Shown here: one piece after another, positions 40,272 through 49,830 of the stretch
Position numbering within the stretch: position 1 is the stretch's first letter
How the letters are laid out: every line of letters begins with the position of its first letter
Assembly (NCBI GenBank): GCA_026415655.1
Contig: JAOAGR010000008.1
Location: 551 to 64,550, forward strand
Length of the DNA: 64,000 nt
Direction of reading: 5' to 3'
DNA from: Candidatus Dojkabacteria bacterium
Lineage (GTDB): Bacteria > Patescibacteriota > Dojkabacteria > JAOAGR01
Program-made: the position numbers and the translations under genes
Notes under the pieces: model-generated
The model's database searches: none
What the model was told of the DNA's origin: nothing
Seen by the model: only the letters and a program-made list of their open reading frames with translations

Positions 40272-40348
40272 TGGTGGACTCAGCAGGACTCGAACCTGCG
40301 ACCTTTACAATGTCAATGTAACGCTCTAACCAACTGAGCTATGAGTCC
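40272..40348 (-). tRNA. tRNA-Val(GAC)
   Basis: Reverse complement GGACTCATAGCTCAGTTGGTTAGAGCGTTACA-TTGACAT-TGTAAAGGTCGCAGGTTCGAGTCCTGCTGAGTCCACCA. Confidence 0.97.
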
Positions 40349-40391
40349 TAAACCACTGTATTTTAATCAAACTATCAGTTTTAGTCAATTT

Positions 40392-43300
40392 TTATTTATC
40401 TACTATGCGATTTCTAATTCTACGAGATACTTTGGATTCTATTATTTTTCTTCTATTTTCTATTATATACCACATCACCACACTTGATAGTGCCAAGATT
40501 CCCATAAAGATAATCCAATTAATGTACCCAGAGAAATTGGTATCGGGTAATCTGGTAGTTATTACAACAGTAGTGGTTGTGGTAGTGATGGGCCGTGTGG
40601 GTGTTGGAGGCTCTGGTGTTGCGCATTCTCCCATGACATTAACATTTACTCTATTGGATTGTTCGGTTCTATTTGTAGAAATAGCGCGAGCTTGGTTTGT
40701 TATGACATCATTACAAATGTCTCTACTGGGGAAGTAGCTGTTATTTATAGTCACAGTATAAGTAAGCTGTATAGACTGATTAGGTGATAGATTTGGATTT
40801 CCATTGTTTGCATTGATCAGATTTTGGGAAGTCCAAGTAATGATATTACCGGATATGGTACCACCATTCGAAATGTTTGAAACAGTAATATTATTAATAG
40901 CATCTGGATCAAGAGTATCCCTTACGGTCATATCAGTTAGATCAAGAGGATTAGAAGATACATTAGTCAAAGTTAAAGTATAATTTACGGTACCACCTAC
41001 GTTCACTGTATCACGATTCGCTTGCTTGGAAATGATAAAGTTAGGTTGTGCTGTGCGTACGATAACTTCATCACAGCCAATCAATATATCCCCATTATCA
41101 ATTTGATCATTATTATTGACATCTCTATAAAGACAGAATTCATTTTCAAGGTTTGGAGTACCTGTATAACTACCAATGTCTACTCTGACAGTACCACTAT
41201 ATGTCTCACCAGGTGCAAGCACCCTTATCTTATTCCACTCGACACCTTTTACACTTTGCGATACAGTATAGTTGTTACCAGGATTTAAGGAGCCTATTGT
41301 GTTTCCGTTGGCATCAAGAAGCCTCCTAGGAGAAACGGAAGATGGATCGGAGACAGTACCACCACTTCGCAGTAGATCAGAAGCTTGGATAATATCACCA
41401 AAAGGAGGATTAATTACATTTCCTGAACTATCGTAAGCTATAAGACGATCTCTTACTATCACATTTTGCATTATTGCATTACCAGTATTACTTATAGAAA
41501 CATCATATTCTACTATAGAAGTAGAATTTACTATGTTGCCTGTATTCAAATTTATAGAGTTTGCTTGGTCAATGTTTTTATCAATATTTGGTCTTGGAGA
41601 AAAACTAAAACCAACCCTACAATTATTTGATGTTGAATTAGTTGTACCGTTTGCTGTATATCCATCAATCTGAATGCTTTGGATCTCGACATTACTTGGT
41701 ATCTGCAAGCTAAATGTGTTTGAAGATTGAGGTGATATAGACTGAGTGACATTTTGATTTGCCCTGGTACGATAAGCATAATTTATGAAATAACTCGTTG
41801 CATTTGTACCCTGAATTTGTATATTCAGTCCATCACCTTGTCTTACTTGACATGCTGATGGGTTTGTTGGTGTACAGGACGCATTATTTCTTGTATTTGT
41901 CACCGTAATGCCGGTACATTGTGGAGGGACAGGAGTCGGGGTGGGTGTGTTGGTGGTTGGCGGGGTGGTTGGAGGAGTTGTTGGAGGAGTTGTCGGCGGA
42001 GTAGTTGTGCCTTGTAATTCCACCTGAACATAACAATTTCCTCCTTGAGTAAGTCTTCCCGCTTGTCCATCAGATCCTAAGCCAAATAACTCACCTCCAA
42101 ATCCCCTTAATGCTACCTTACGCAATAGTCTACCTGGTTGCCACGCTTGAGGATCTTCATTATTTGAATCTGGTTGATTTAGTTGATTATAGTGTATGAC
42201 ATAACTGAATGTAATACGATCCCCGTTTGAGACTCCATCCACTATCCATCTATAGCCCGTATCACTAGCCAAAAGTTTACTCATACTTGTAGCCCCATCA
42301 ACATCGGTTTGAGGCAACCATGCTCCTCTTGGGTTATTTTCTGGTGGTGGTGGATATAGATTCGCCATGTTGTACGGAAATATCCAACCTCTTCCTCTAT
42401 CAAGCGGATTACGCACTACCATAGTGATATTTAGACTTTCACCAGGTCTTAATATTCGTCTACCATTCTGTACTGTACCACCAGTTACTGTGAATGATTC
42501 ACAGATTGGTCTATTATAGAGTGGTTCAGTCCTTACAACACAATAATTTCTACAAGAACCAGGTTGACTAACCATTCTCCTCTCTCTTGGATCGTATAAT
42601 CTAGCGCCATTCGGATCATATCCAAGCTCGTTATAACAAATCAATTCATTCGGTGCTGTCCATCCTCCATCTTTTGTGTATATAGCACCAAAGACTATAC
42701 CGTTTTTAAAGTTTAACGCTGGCAAACCAGCACAGTTAATATCCTGTCTGGCTGCATATGCATCATTTCTACGTATATCGTTACCATACAGGTTATTTGG
42801 TAGTGTAAATGTTCTATTGGGGTCACCTGCATTTCCACCCCCTACCGTGCCTGTCGTATCAGTAAAATTAAATAGATAATAACTACAGGCATACTCACGC
42901 GTACCTGGTGTATTCCAAGGACTGTTCGGATCGGGAATGTATGGCCTCATAAAATATAATCTAAATCTAGGATTTCCATTCGGTACTCCATTTGTACTAT
43001 TAAATGTTATTTGTGTACCTGGTCTAGGCATATCTCTTACAACCATACTATCTCTGGTATCACCAGCCGATACATTCTTGGTAACTCTTTGTCCAGTCAT
43101 CGTTTCAAATGTCACTGTCATGGAAGCACAATAACCTTCAGGGTTACGACGCGTAGTTCCGGTATCACACTGAGGATCATAAGTTGAACTCGTAATATTG
43201 TTATTGCAATCACGAAAAACCATATTAGTGCCCTCACATCTCGCCCTTGGTTCACATGGACCACATTGTTCAGGTGTTTCGCTTACAGTTTCATTACCAT

Positions 43301-44525
43301 TAGCATCACATGTAACTATACGACGTATATTTAAACCTGGTATACAACTATTGTCTGGTTCACAAGTCCTCCCTGTAGGACTATCAGGACATCTATACGG
43401 GTTACCACACACAGAGTCAGAATATACGCCTCCTGCTTTTCCTTCACAACTTGCTCCACAACTTTCTCTATTTGGTAACAACTGTTCTAATCTTGTACTA
43501 CCATACCTAAATCCATCATTTTGCACAGGTCCCAATTCTCTACACCAACACATTTGATTTACACCAGGATTACAATTTATAAATTCTGCTGGAGCACATC
43601 GAGCAACATTTCCACTTTGTCCTGTATAAACTCTACACGTACTCCCAGCTACTAACCAACTTCCAGAATTAGTTATGGTACATGTAAATCCATTACTACC
43701 ACAATTAAATTTAGTACCAGCTGCACCGCTACATATGTTATTCCCACATGCACATAAGTTATTATTCCCGTCACAATTTTTATAACAATATCCATTAATG
43801 TTTCTATATCCACTAGGACATACACCACCTGGTCCCGCTTGTAAACCATCTGGTCTTTGGCAAATGCCCCAACCACTGTCATAGCATCGTTGAACTCCTG
43901 TGAAACGATCTGATCCTTCACTTGTACAAGCTTTATATTCTCCAATAAAAGCATTTGTTCCATCACCTCTTGGACAAGCAGGATTACCTGAAGATACTGG
44001 TGGTGTAGGATTTAGAGGACCTAAACATGACCTTTCAGAATATTGTCCTGCACAAGTTTTTATCCTACTACCATCTCTACAAACAACTTCTAAACAGGTA
44101 TTTGTAGAACATTCTGAGGCAACACTACATCTCTCTCCTGGTGCTTTTTTATCTCTTGGTCTATCAACGCATCTTCCTTGATAATAATCCTTTCCCTGCA
44201 GTTCGCAAGAACGAGCTTGTTCACATTCATCATAGTCTGTTTTGTATCTTGAACAGTCAATCCTCCCCCAGTCACCTCTTTGACAAGCTTGTAGATTAGC
44301 TAATTGTGTGGAACAGTCTCTTGCGGCCGCAGTCTCTTCTGGCGTAGTATTTCTAGTTAATATTGTATAAGCCAAAAATCCAGAAACCCCTAAAAGCAAC
44401 AACGTAAAAAATATTATAAATGCCAATATTAAACGTCTATCAATTTTCTTTATATTAAATGTAAACTTTTTTAGTCTCAGATGTGTATTATTTTGATTTG
44501 TTTCATTTGAATATTGTTTAGGCAT
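40392..44525 (-). CDS. Large Cys-rich surface protein with DUF11-like domains and LPDTN-TM-basic sorting signal
   Basis: N-terminal TM, about 40 Cys in the first ~465 aa, TTPP linker, two DUF11-like domains, RLPDTN + TM + RRK tail. Confidence 0.85.
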   Translation of the reverse strand: MPKQYSNETNQNNTHLRLKKFTFNIKKIDRRLILAFIIFFTLLLLGVSGFLAYTILTRNTTPEETAAARDCSTQLANLQACQRGDWGRIDCSRYKTDYDECEQARSCELQGKDYYQGRCVDRPRDKKAPGERCSVASECSTNTCLEVVCRDGSRIKTCAGQYSERSCLGPLNPTPPVSSGNPACPRGDGTNAFIGEYKACTSEGSDRFTGVQRCYDSGWGICQRPDGLQAGPGGVCPSGYRNINGYCYKNCDGNNNLCACGNNICSGAAGTKFNCGSNGFTCTITNSGSWLVAGSTCRVYTGQSGNVARCAPAEFINCNPGVNQMCWCRELGPVQNDGFRYGSTRLEQLLPNRESCGASCEGKAGGVYSDSVCGNPYRCPDSPTGRTCEPDNSCIPGLNIRRIVTCDANGNETVSETPEQCGPCEPRARCEGTNMVFRDCNNNITSSTYDPQCDTGTTRRNPEGYCASMTVTFETMTGQRVTKNVSAGDTRDSMVVRDMPRPGTQITFNSTNGVPNGNPRFRLYFMRPYIPDPNSPWNTPGTREYACSYYLFNFTDTTGTVGGGNAGDPNRTFTLPNNLYGNDIRRNDAYAARQDINCAGLPALNFKNGIVFGAIYTKDGGWTAPNELICYNELGYDPNGARLYDPRERRMVSQPGSCRNYCVVRTEPLYNRPICESFTVTGGTVQNGRRILRPGESLNITMVVRNPLDRGRGWIFPYNMANLYPPPPENNPRGAWLPQTDVDGATSMSKLLASDTGYRWIVDGVSNGDRITFSYVIHYNQLNQPDSNNEDPQAWQPGRLLRKVALRGFGGELFGLGSDGQAGRLTQGGNCYVQVELQGTTTPPTTPPTTPPTTPPTTNTPTPTPVPPQCTGITVTNTRNNASCTPTNPSACQVRQGDGLNIQIQGTNATSYFINYAYRTRANQNVTQSISPQSSNTFSLQIPSNVEIQSIQIDGYTANGTTNSTSNNCRVGFSFSPRPNIDKNIDQANSINLNTGNIVNSTSIVEYDVSISNTGNAIMQNVIVRDRLIAYDSSGNVINPPFGDIIQASDLLRSGGTVSDPSSVSPRRLLDANGNTIGSLNPGNNYTVSQSVKGVEWNKIRVLAPGETYSGTVRVDIGSYTGTPNLENEFCLYRDVNNNDQIDNGDILIGCDEVIVRTAQPNFIISKQANRDTVNVGGTVNYTLTLTNVSSNPLDLTDMTVRDTLDPDAINNITVSNISNGGTISGNIITWTSQNLINANNGNPNLSPNQSIQLTYTVTINNSYFPSRDICNDVITNQARAISTNRTEQSNRVNVNVMGECATPEPPTPTRPITTTTTTVVITTRLPDTNFSGYINWIIFMGILALSSVVMWYIIENRRKIIESKVSRRIRNRIVDK
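41934..42009 (-). repeat. Coding tandem repeat, (TTPP)x4 plus TPTPTP linker
   Basis: 12-nt imperfect units such as ggaggagttgtt on the + strand. Confidence 0.8.
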
Positions 44526-44584
44526 AGATCTTATTTTATAAATATTTTAAAACTTATTATATTTGTATAAAATAATCAAGTAGT

Positions 44585-46606
44585 ATGAAAAAAACAATTA
44601 AATTATTTAGTATTTTGTTTATTTTTACACTATTTATTTGCATTTACATCTTGGTTTTAATCCCATATGCGAACGCACAATCAATATCTCCATCGTCCAC
44701 GCAAACACCTACACCAACAACCACTCCAAGTCCAACACCATTAATTGATCAAACTCCTCCAACTCCTCCTGTACCAAACATACTTGCTACAACAACAAAC
44801 GCTATTACTCTCAAATGGAATGCAGCATCAGATCCAAGCGGCATCTCAGAATACAAAATTTTCCAGTCCAATCAATCCAACGGGTCATACACACAGATCG
44901 GTTCCACATCAAATACTGAATATACAGTCAGTAATTTAGCCCATGACACTGAATATTGGTTTAAAGTTTCAGCATGCGACAACTCGCCAAATAAGAATTG
45001 TTCAGCGCTTAGTGATGCGGTAAAAGCAAAAACTAAAAAAGAGATAATCAAACAATATGAGATTAACTCCAAAATTGACAAAAACACAACGAACGCCAAT
45101 GACCAATTTACAATAACTTACAATGTAAAAAATACTGGTAATGTAACAATAGAAAATTTTGAAATAAGAGTACCGTTCTTGAATAACATATCAGATGTCC
45201 AAAATCCCGTAATAACACCTGATTTAAACAGACGTCTCGATCCTACAACAGATTTTCCTCAAGGTTTTAATACTCGTAGTTGGGTGACAAATATCAATCC
45301 AGGAGAGGAAAAAGAATTTACAATTACGTACACTGTCAGTAATAACCCCAGTATTCCAAATGGGCACTTGTGCATATATACCTTACCAATAAGTTGGATA
45401 GATCCTGCTGGGGATCCTTCAAATCAGCTTATTCAAACAACAAATTTTAGGGCAGATATCTACATCAACCGCCAATACGAAAAATCAATAAGAGTAACTT
45501 TACCCACATTAGAATCAGTAAATTCACCAATTGCAAGTGTTCAGTTACCATCACAATATTTATTTGAAGGCTCGAAAACAACAAATTTAAGATCAATAAA
45601 TAAGGATAACATCTCTAAATACGAAAATTTTACTCTCGAAAATGCTCAGTTCATTATTGAATGGCTAGAACCGATTGATTTATCAAATGCTGATATACCA
45701 GCAAAACTTATTAACCTTGATAACTTATTAAAATACAAAACTTATGGCATAGATTTCAACATTCAGGAGTTAAGTTTTCTTGCCAAAAAGGTTAGAATAA
45801 CTCTTAAAAAGCATAATTATGTATTTTTACCGAGAATTAAGATTGATAATGAAATAAAAGATTTACAGTCTTACAATGGTGAAATAGATTTTTTATCTAA
45901 ATTTATATCTTTTGAAATATCACCAATGCGATCATTTACACTGGTGTCTGATATAAAATTTGAGAATCCAAAAAAAGAGAATGATCAATACTCAATAGAA
46001 ATCAAAGTATCAAATCCAAAAGTAAAATTATCTTATAGTATAGATGACTCCAGTTTTAAGACTGGGTGGATTGACCAAGAAAAGGGTAATCTTTCAATAA
46101 TTCTACCAGAGAACGATATTATAAAATTAGAGGTTAAAATCGTGGACGAGAATAATGAAGAATTTTCAAGGGTAAAAATTATAGAAAAGACAACCCCAAC
46201 TCCAACCTTTATACAAAGAAATAATAACACACAAACAAATAGGCTCAATTTGACAATAAACCCACTAACAATTCTCCTTTCTGTATTAGCTATAGTCATA
46301 TTTGTGTTACTGTTAGTTATCGGATACATAATGTTGCGAAAAAGATTCTCTAAAAAAAAGGAAGATAATACCTTAAAACTTGACTTTGCTACTTCACTCA
46401 AAACAAAAGTATTAACACATACTAGTAATACAAAAACCGTACAACCGGGTACACTCTCAGATTATGCCCAAATAGGCGAATACGGGAATAATCGAGAAAC
46501 ACCAAATGAAGTAAAAGACAACATTACCATTGATCTAACAGCACTAAAAAATAGATACACAAAGGATTCAAATAAAGAGAAAGACCAATCAGATAGAAAA
46601 TTATGA
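44585..46606 (+). CDS. Surface protein with fibronectin type III and DUF11-like domains and C-terminal TM
   Basis: Signal peptide (ANA-Q), PT linker, ITLKWNAASD...YTVSNL...YWFKVSA (FN3), TITYNVKNTGN, TM plus cytoplasmic tail. Confidence 0.85.
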   Translation: MKKTIKLFSILFIFTLFICIYILVLIPYANAQSISPSSTQTPTPTTTPSPTPLIDQTPPTPPVPNILATTTNAITLKWNAASDPSGISEYKIFQSNQSNGSYTQIGSTSNTEYTVSNLAHDTEYWFKVSACDNSPNKNCSALSDAVKAKTKKEIIKQYEINSKIDKNTTNANDQFTITYNVKNTGNVTIENFEIRVPFLNNISDVQNPVITPDLNRRLDPTTDFPQGFNTRSWVTNINPGEEKEFTITYTVSNNPSIPNGHLCIYTLPISWIDPAGDPSNQLIQTTNFRADIYINRQYEKSIRVTLPTLESVNSPIASVQLPSQYLFEGSKTTNLRSINKDNISKYENFTLENAQFIIEWLEPIDLSNADIPAKLINLDNLLKYKTYGIDFNIQELSFLAKKVRITLKKHNYVFLPRIKIDNEIKDLQSYNGEIDFLSKFISFEISPMRSFTLVSDIKFENPKKENDQYSIEIKVSNPKVKLSYSIDDSSFKTGWIDQEKGNLSIILPENDIIKLEVKIVDENNEEFSRVKIIEKTTPTPTFIQRNNNTQTNRLNLTINPLTILLSVLAIVIFVLLLVIGYIMLRKRFSKKKEDNTLKLDFATSLKTKVLTHTSNTKTVQPGTLSDYAQIGEYGNNRETPNEVKDNITIDLTALKNRYTKDSNKEKDQSDRKL

Positions 46607-47343
46607 CAATTTCATTAATATCAACATTTGTTATAGTATCTTTTCTTGCAATATTTTATCTAATAGTGAGAGATTTATTAAAGCGTTATAAACCTGATAT
46701 CTTTAATAGAATTTTTCACATAAGATTTGATACAATACTTGCTTTTTTGATAACTATATTGATCAGTATTTCGACGAACATGAAAATATCCGAATTATCT
46801 GACAAAACTATGTTGATATTAAATGAAGAAATACTTTTTGCTATCTTATCATTTTGCATGGCATTTCTGTCATTCGGGATTGGAGTTAAATTTATTATAG
46901 AAACAATCAAAAAATACATTAATATAGATAAATTGCTTGCTTTTCATAATAGTTTTTTAATATATCAAAACTTTGCATCAATCTGGATATACTCTTCATT
47001 CCTTACATTGCTAGTTATAGTATCATATCTGGAAATCCAACAAAGTTACGAACCAATAAGCATAGAATTATTTTTGTTTTTTCTGATATCATTTATTATA
47101 AATACAATATTAATCAAACAAATAATCAACGGTCAATCTGCAAACACAAAACTACAAAGGTTATATGTGTTTTTTGATTTAACAACAGTATTGCTATTAT
47201 CATCAATGATTTTTTATAACGCTGATAGAACAAATTTTTTCTTTTACTATCCATTAACCATCTCCACACTAGTAGGACTAATAACTGGAATCATATACAA
47301 TTTTTTGGAAGAAAAAGTAAACAAAAAGTTTAATAAAATATAA
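46603..47343 (+). CDS. Hypothetical multi-pass membrane protein
   Basis: About 7 hydrophobic segments; ATGA overlap with the upstream gene. Confidence 0.7.
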   Translation: MTISLISTFVIVSFLAIFYLIVRDLLKRYKPDIFNRIFHIRFDTILAFLITILISISTNMKISELSDKTMLILNEEILFAILSFCMAFLSFGIGVKFIIETIKKYINIDKLLAFHNSFLIYQNFASIWIYSSFLTLLVIVSYLEIQQSYEPISIELFLFFLISFIINTILIKQIINGQSANTKLQRLYVFFDLTTVLLLSSMIFYNADRTNFFFYYPLTISTLVGLITGIIYNFLEEKVNKKFNKI

Positions 47344-47374
47344 TTAAATTCTGATATAATCCTATTTAGGTATC

Positions 47375-48319
47375 ATGAAAAAAAAGATCAGCATTGTAAT
47401 ACCTTTTTACAATGAAGAAGAAGTAATAAATCATTCGTATAATGAGATCACAAAATACTTAAATCAATTGGAAAACCAATATAATTTCGAAATTATTTGT
47501 GTCAATGACGGTAGTAAAGATAAAACTCTAAAATTTCTGTTAGAACTCTCCGAAAACGATCCAAGACTTAAAATAATAGATCTATCAAGAAATTTTGGTC
47601 ACGAAATGGCTATCCTAGCAGGACTTGAGAATGCTACGGGTGATGCAGTGATAACCATGGATTGCGATTTGCAAGATCCTCCCTCACTAATATCAGAAAT
47701 GTTAAAACTATGGGAAGAAGGCTACGAGGTAATACATGCAAAAAGAAGTAAACGAAAGACAGATTCTTTTTTTAAAAAGATCAGCGCTAAACTTTTTTAT
47801 AAAATATTTAATAGATTATCCTCGACCCAAATGCCTGAAAATGTTGCAAATTTTCGTCTACTTGATAAAAGTGCATTAGATGCACTATTGAGATTTAAAG
47901 AACATAAAAGATACTACCGGGGACTAAGTGTACTCATTGGATTCAAACAAACCTTTATAGAACATGAAAGAAATGAAAGGGTTGCTGGAAAGACAAAATA
48001 TCCACTAAAAAAAATGCTCAGACTCGCTACAGATGCTATACTAGCATTTTCTAGTATTCCATTACAAATAATAACCCAAATTGGCATTCTGATCTCATTT
48101 TTTAGTTTTTTAGGAATAACTTATGCCCTGATAGTTAAGTTATTTTTTTCCGAATACGCAGTACCCGGTTGGGCTTTTACAACTATAGCTATCTTTTTCC
48201 TCGGAGGTATACAGATTCTAATTATGAGCATAATAGGCATGTATATCGAAAGGATATATACTGAGGTTCTAAACAGACCACATTATATAATACGTGCAAT
48301 TTATGAAAATAAAAAATAA
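47375..48319 (+). CDS. GT2 polyprenol-phosphate glycosyltransferase (GtrB-like)
   Basis: SIVIPFYNEE, NDGSKD, SRNFGH, MDCDLQDPP, two C-terminal TMs, EVLNRPHY. Confidence 0.93.
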   Translation: MKKKISIVIPFYNEEEVINHSYNEITKYLNQLENQYNFEIICVNDGSKDKTLKFLLELSENDPRLKIIDLSRNFGHEMAILAGLENATGDAVITMDCDLQDPPSLISEMLKLWEEGYEVIHAKRSKRKTDSFFKKISAKLFYKIFNRLSSTQMPENVANFRLLDKSALDALLRFKEHKRYYRGLSVLIGFKQTFIEHERNERVAGKTKYPLKKMLRLATDAILAFSSIPLQIITQIGILISFFSFLGITYALIVKLFFSEYAVPGWAFTTIAIFFLGGIQILIMSIIGMYIERIYTEVLNRPHYIIRAIYENKK

Positions 48320-49643
48320 TATTCCTCATATCGGCATAATAGGTGCTGGATTTACTGCATTTGCGTGTACTTATTATTTATCTAAAAAAGGATATAAAAT
48401 AACTATCCTTGAAAGAAGTGAAGACATTGGCGGATTAGCAGGTGCTTTCAAAATAGGCAATTCATATTTGGAAAAAGCCTATCATCACTTATTTAAAACA
48501 GATATTGACATACTAGAACTCATCAATGAAATTGATCCTAATCTTATCGAATGGCATGAAAGTTCGGTTTCTAATTTTTATAAGGGTAACTTTTATCCAT
48601 TCAATTCTGCATTTGATTTACTAAAATTTAAACCTTTGGATTTTGTAAGTCGATTAAGAGTAGGCTTAGCATTATTTTACGTGCAAAAAGTGAAAAATTA
48701 TTCAAAATTTGAAAAAATTTCAGCTATAGAATGGCTTAGAAAATGGACAGGAGATAGGGCATGTCAAGTTCTTTGGATTCCATTATTGAAAGGCAAATTT
48801 AGAAAATACTACGAAAAGATCTCAATGGCATGGATGTGGGCACGTTTACACATAAGAGCAAATTCTAGATCCAATATATTTGAAAAAGAAATGCTTGGAT
48901 ATATCAGAGGCGGATTTATCAACTTGATTAATAAAATTTTAGATACGTCAAAAAATATTAAAGTCTACACAAAACATGAAGTAATAAACATAGAGTACAA
49001 TCAAAATACAAACAAAGTAATAGTTAGTAGTTTTGACAGTACAAAATCAAGAAAAGAATTTAGATTTGATCGGGTTTTAGTTACTACGCCATCGCATATT
49101 TTTGCCAAGTTAATTGAGTCAAATCCAGTACATCAAGATTATCTGAATAAATTAGCACAGATCGAATATATAGGAGCAATATGTATGATACTAGAAACGA
49201 ATCAAGATCTAAATTTATCTTATTGGAATAACATAAATGATCTTACTGTGCCTTTTGGTGTAATAGTACAACATACAAGACTGATTGATAAGAAAAATTA
49301 TAATAATAAAGAAATTTATTATATTGCTGGGTATTTTGAGCATGATAGCGCATTTTTCTCACTTTCAGATGAAGAATTGGTTGAGAACTGGTTTGAACAT
49401 ATGTCTAGGATCTTACCAATCTTTGATAAAGAAAAAATAGAAAACATTTTCGTATTCAAATTTAGAAATGCACAACATATTGTAGATACAAACTACAAAC
49501 AGAAAATACCCGCATACGAAACGCCAATACCAAATGTGTATCTATCGAATTTTTCACAAATTTATCCTGAGGATAGAGGAACAAATTATGCTGTTAGGGA
49601 AGGAAAGAAACTAGCAATAATGATATCAGAATCAATAAATTAA
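48303..49643 (+). CDS. FAD-dependent oxidoreductase (amine oxidase/HemY-like family)
   Basis: IIGAGFTA, GGLA, LEKAYHHLF, YPEDRGTNYAV; start set at ATG 48303. Confidence 0.85.
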   Translation: MKIKNNIPHIGIIGAGFTAFACTYYLSKKGYKITILERSEDIGGLAGAFKIGNSYLEKAYHHLFKTDIDILELINEIDPNLIEWHESSVSNFYKGNFYPFNSAFDLLKFKPLDFVSRLRVGLALFYVQKVKNYSKFEKISAIEWLRKWTGDRACQVLWIPLLKGKFRKYYEKISMAWMWARLHIRANSRSNIFEKEMLGYIRGGFINLINKILDTSKNIKVYTKHEVINIEYNQNTNKVIVSSFDSTKSRKEFRFDRVLVTTPSHIFAKLIESNPVHQDYLNKLAQIEYIGAICMILETNQDLNLSYWNNINDLTVPFGVIVQHTRLIDKKNYNNKEIYYIAGYFEHDSAFFSLSDEELVENWFEHMSRILPIFDKEKIENIFVFKFRNAQHIVDTNYKQKIPAYETPIPNVYLSNFSQIYPEDRGTNYAVREGKKLAIMISESIN

Positions 49644-49830
49644 AAGGTAAGAATATTGTAAACTCTAGAACATATTAACATTTTATAAGCAGAATGGCCC
49701 ACTTTTAATAATTACAGATCATTTTAATATATTTTATACTGATCTTATTTGTAAATTTCGAACTGAAAATTTAAATGCCAAAAATACATACAATTCTTAT
49801 GAATCTAACCATAAAGTTTACTGACAAATT

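Noticed and set aside
40061-40313. 33-nt direct repeat as a possible prophage att site or CRISPR repeat
   Set aside because: Both copies lie inside complete tRNA genes; only two copies, no integrase or cas genes
40405-44275. Many alternative-frame and antisense ORFs inside the giant surface gene (and similar short ORFs elsewhere)
   Set aside because: Shadow ORFs of well-supported genes, favoured by locally higher GC; no motifs
48303-49643. FAD oxidoreductase as a CrtI partner for the CruF-like gene
   Set aside because: Motifs and position next to a GT2 fit glycan-locus oxidoreductases; 17 kb from the CruF-like gene
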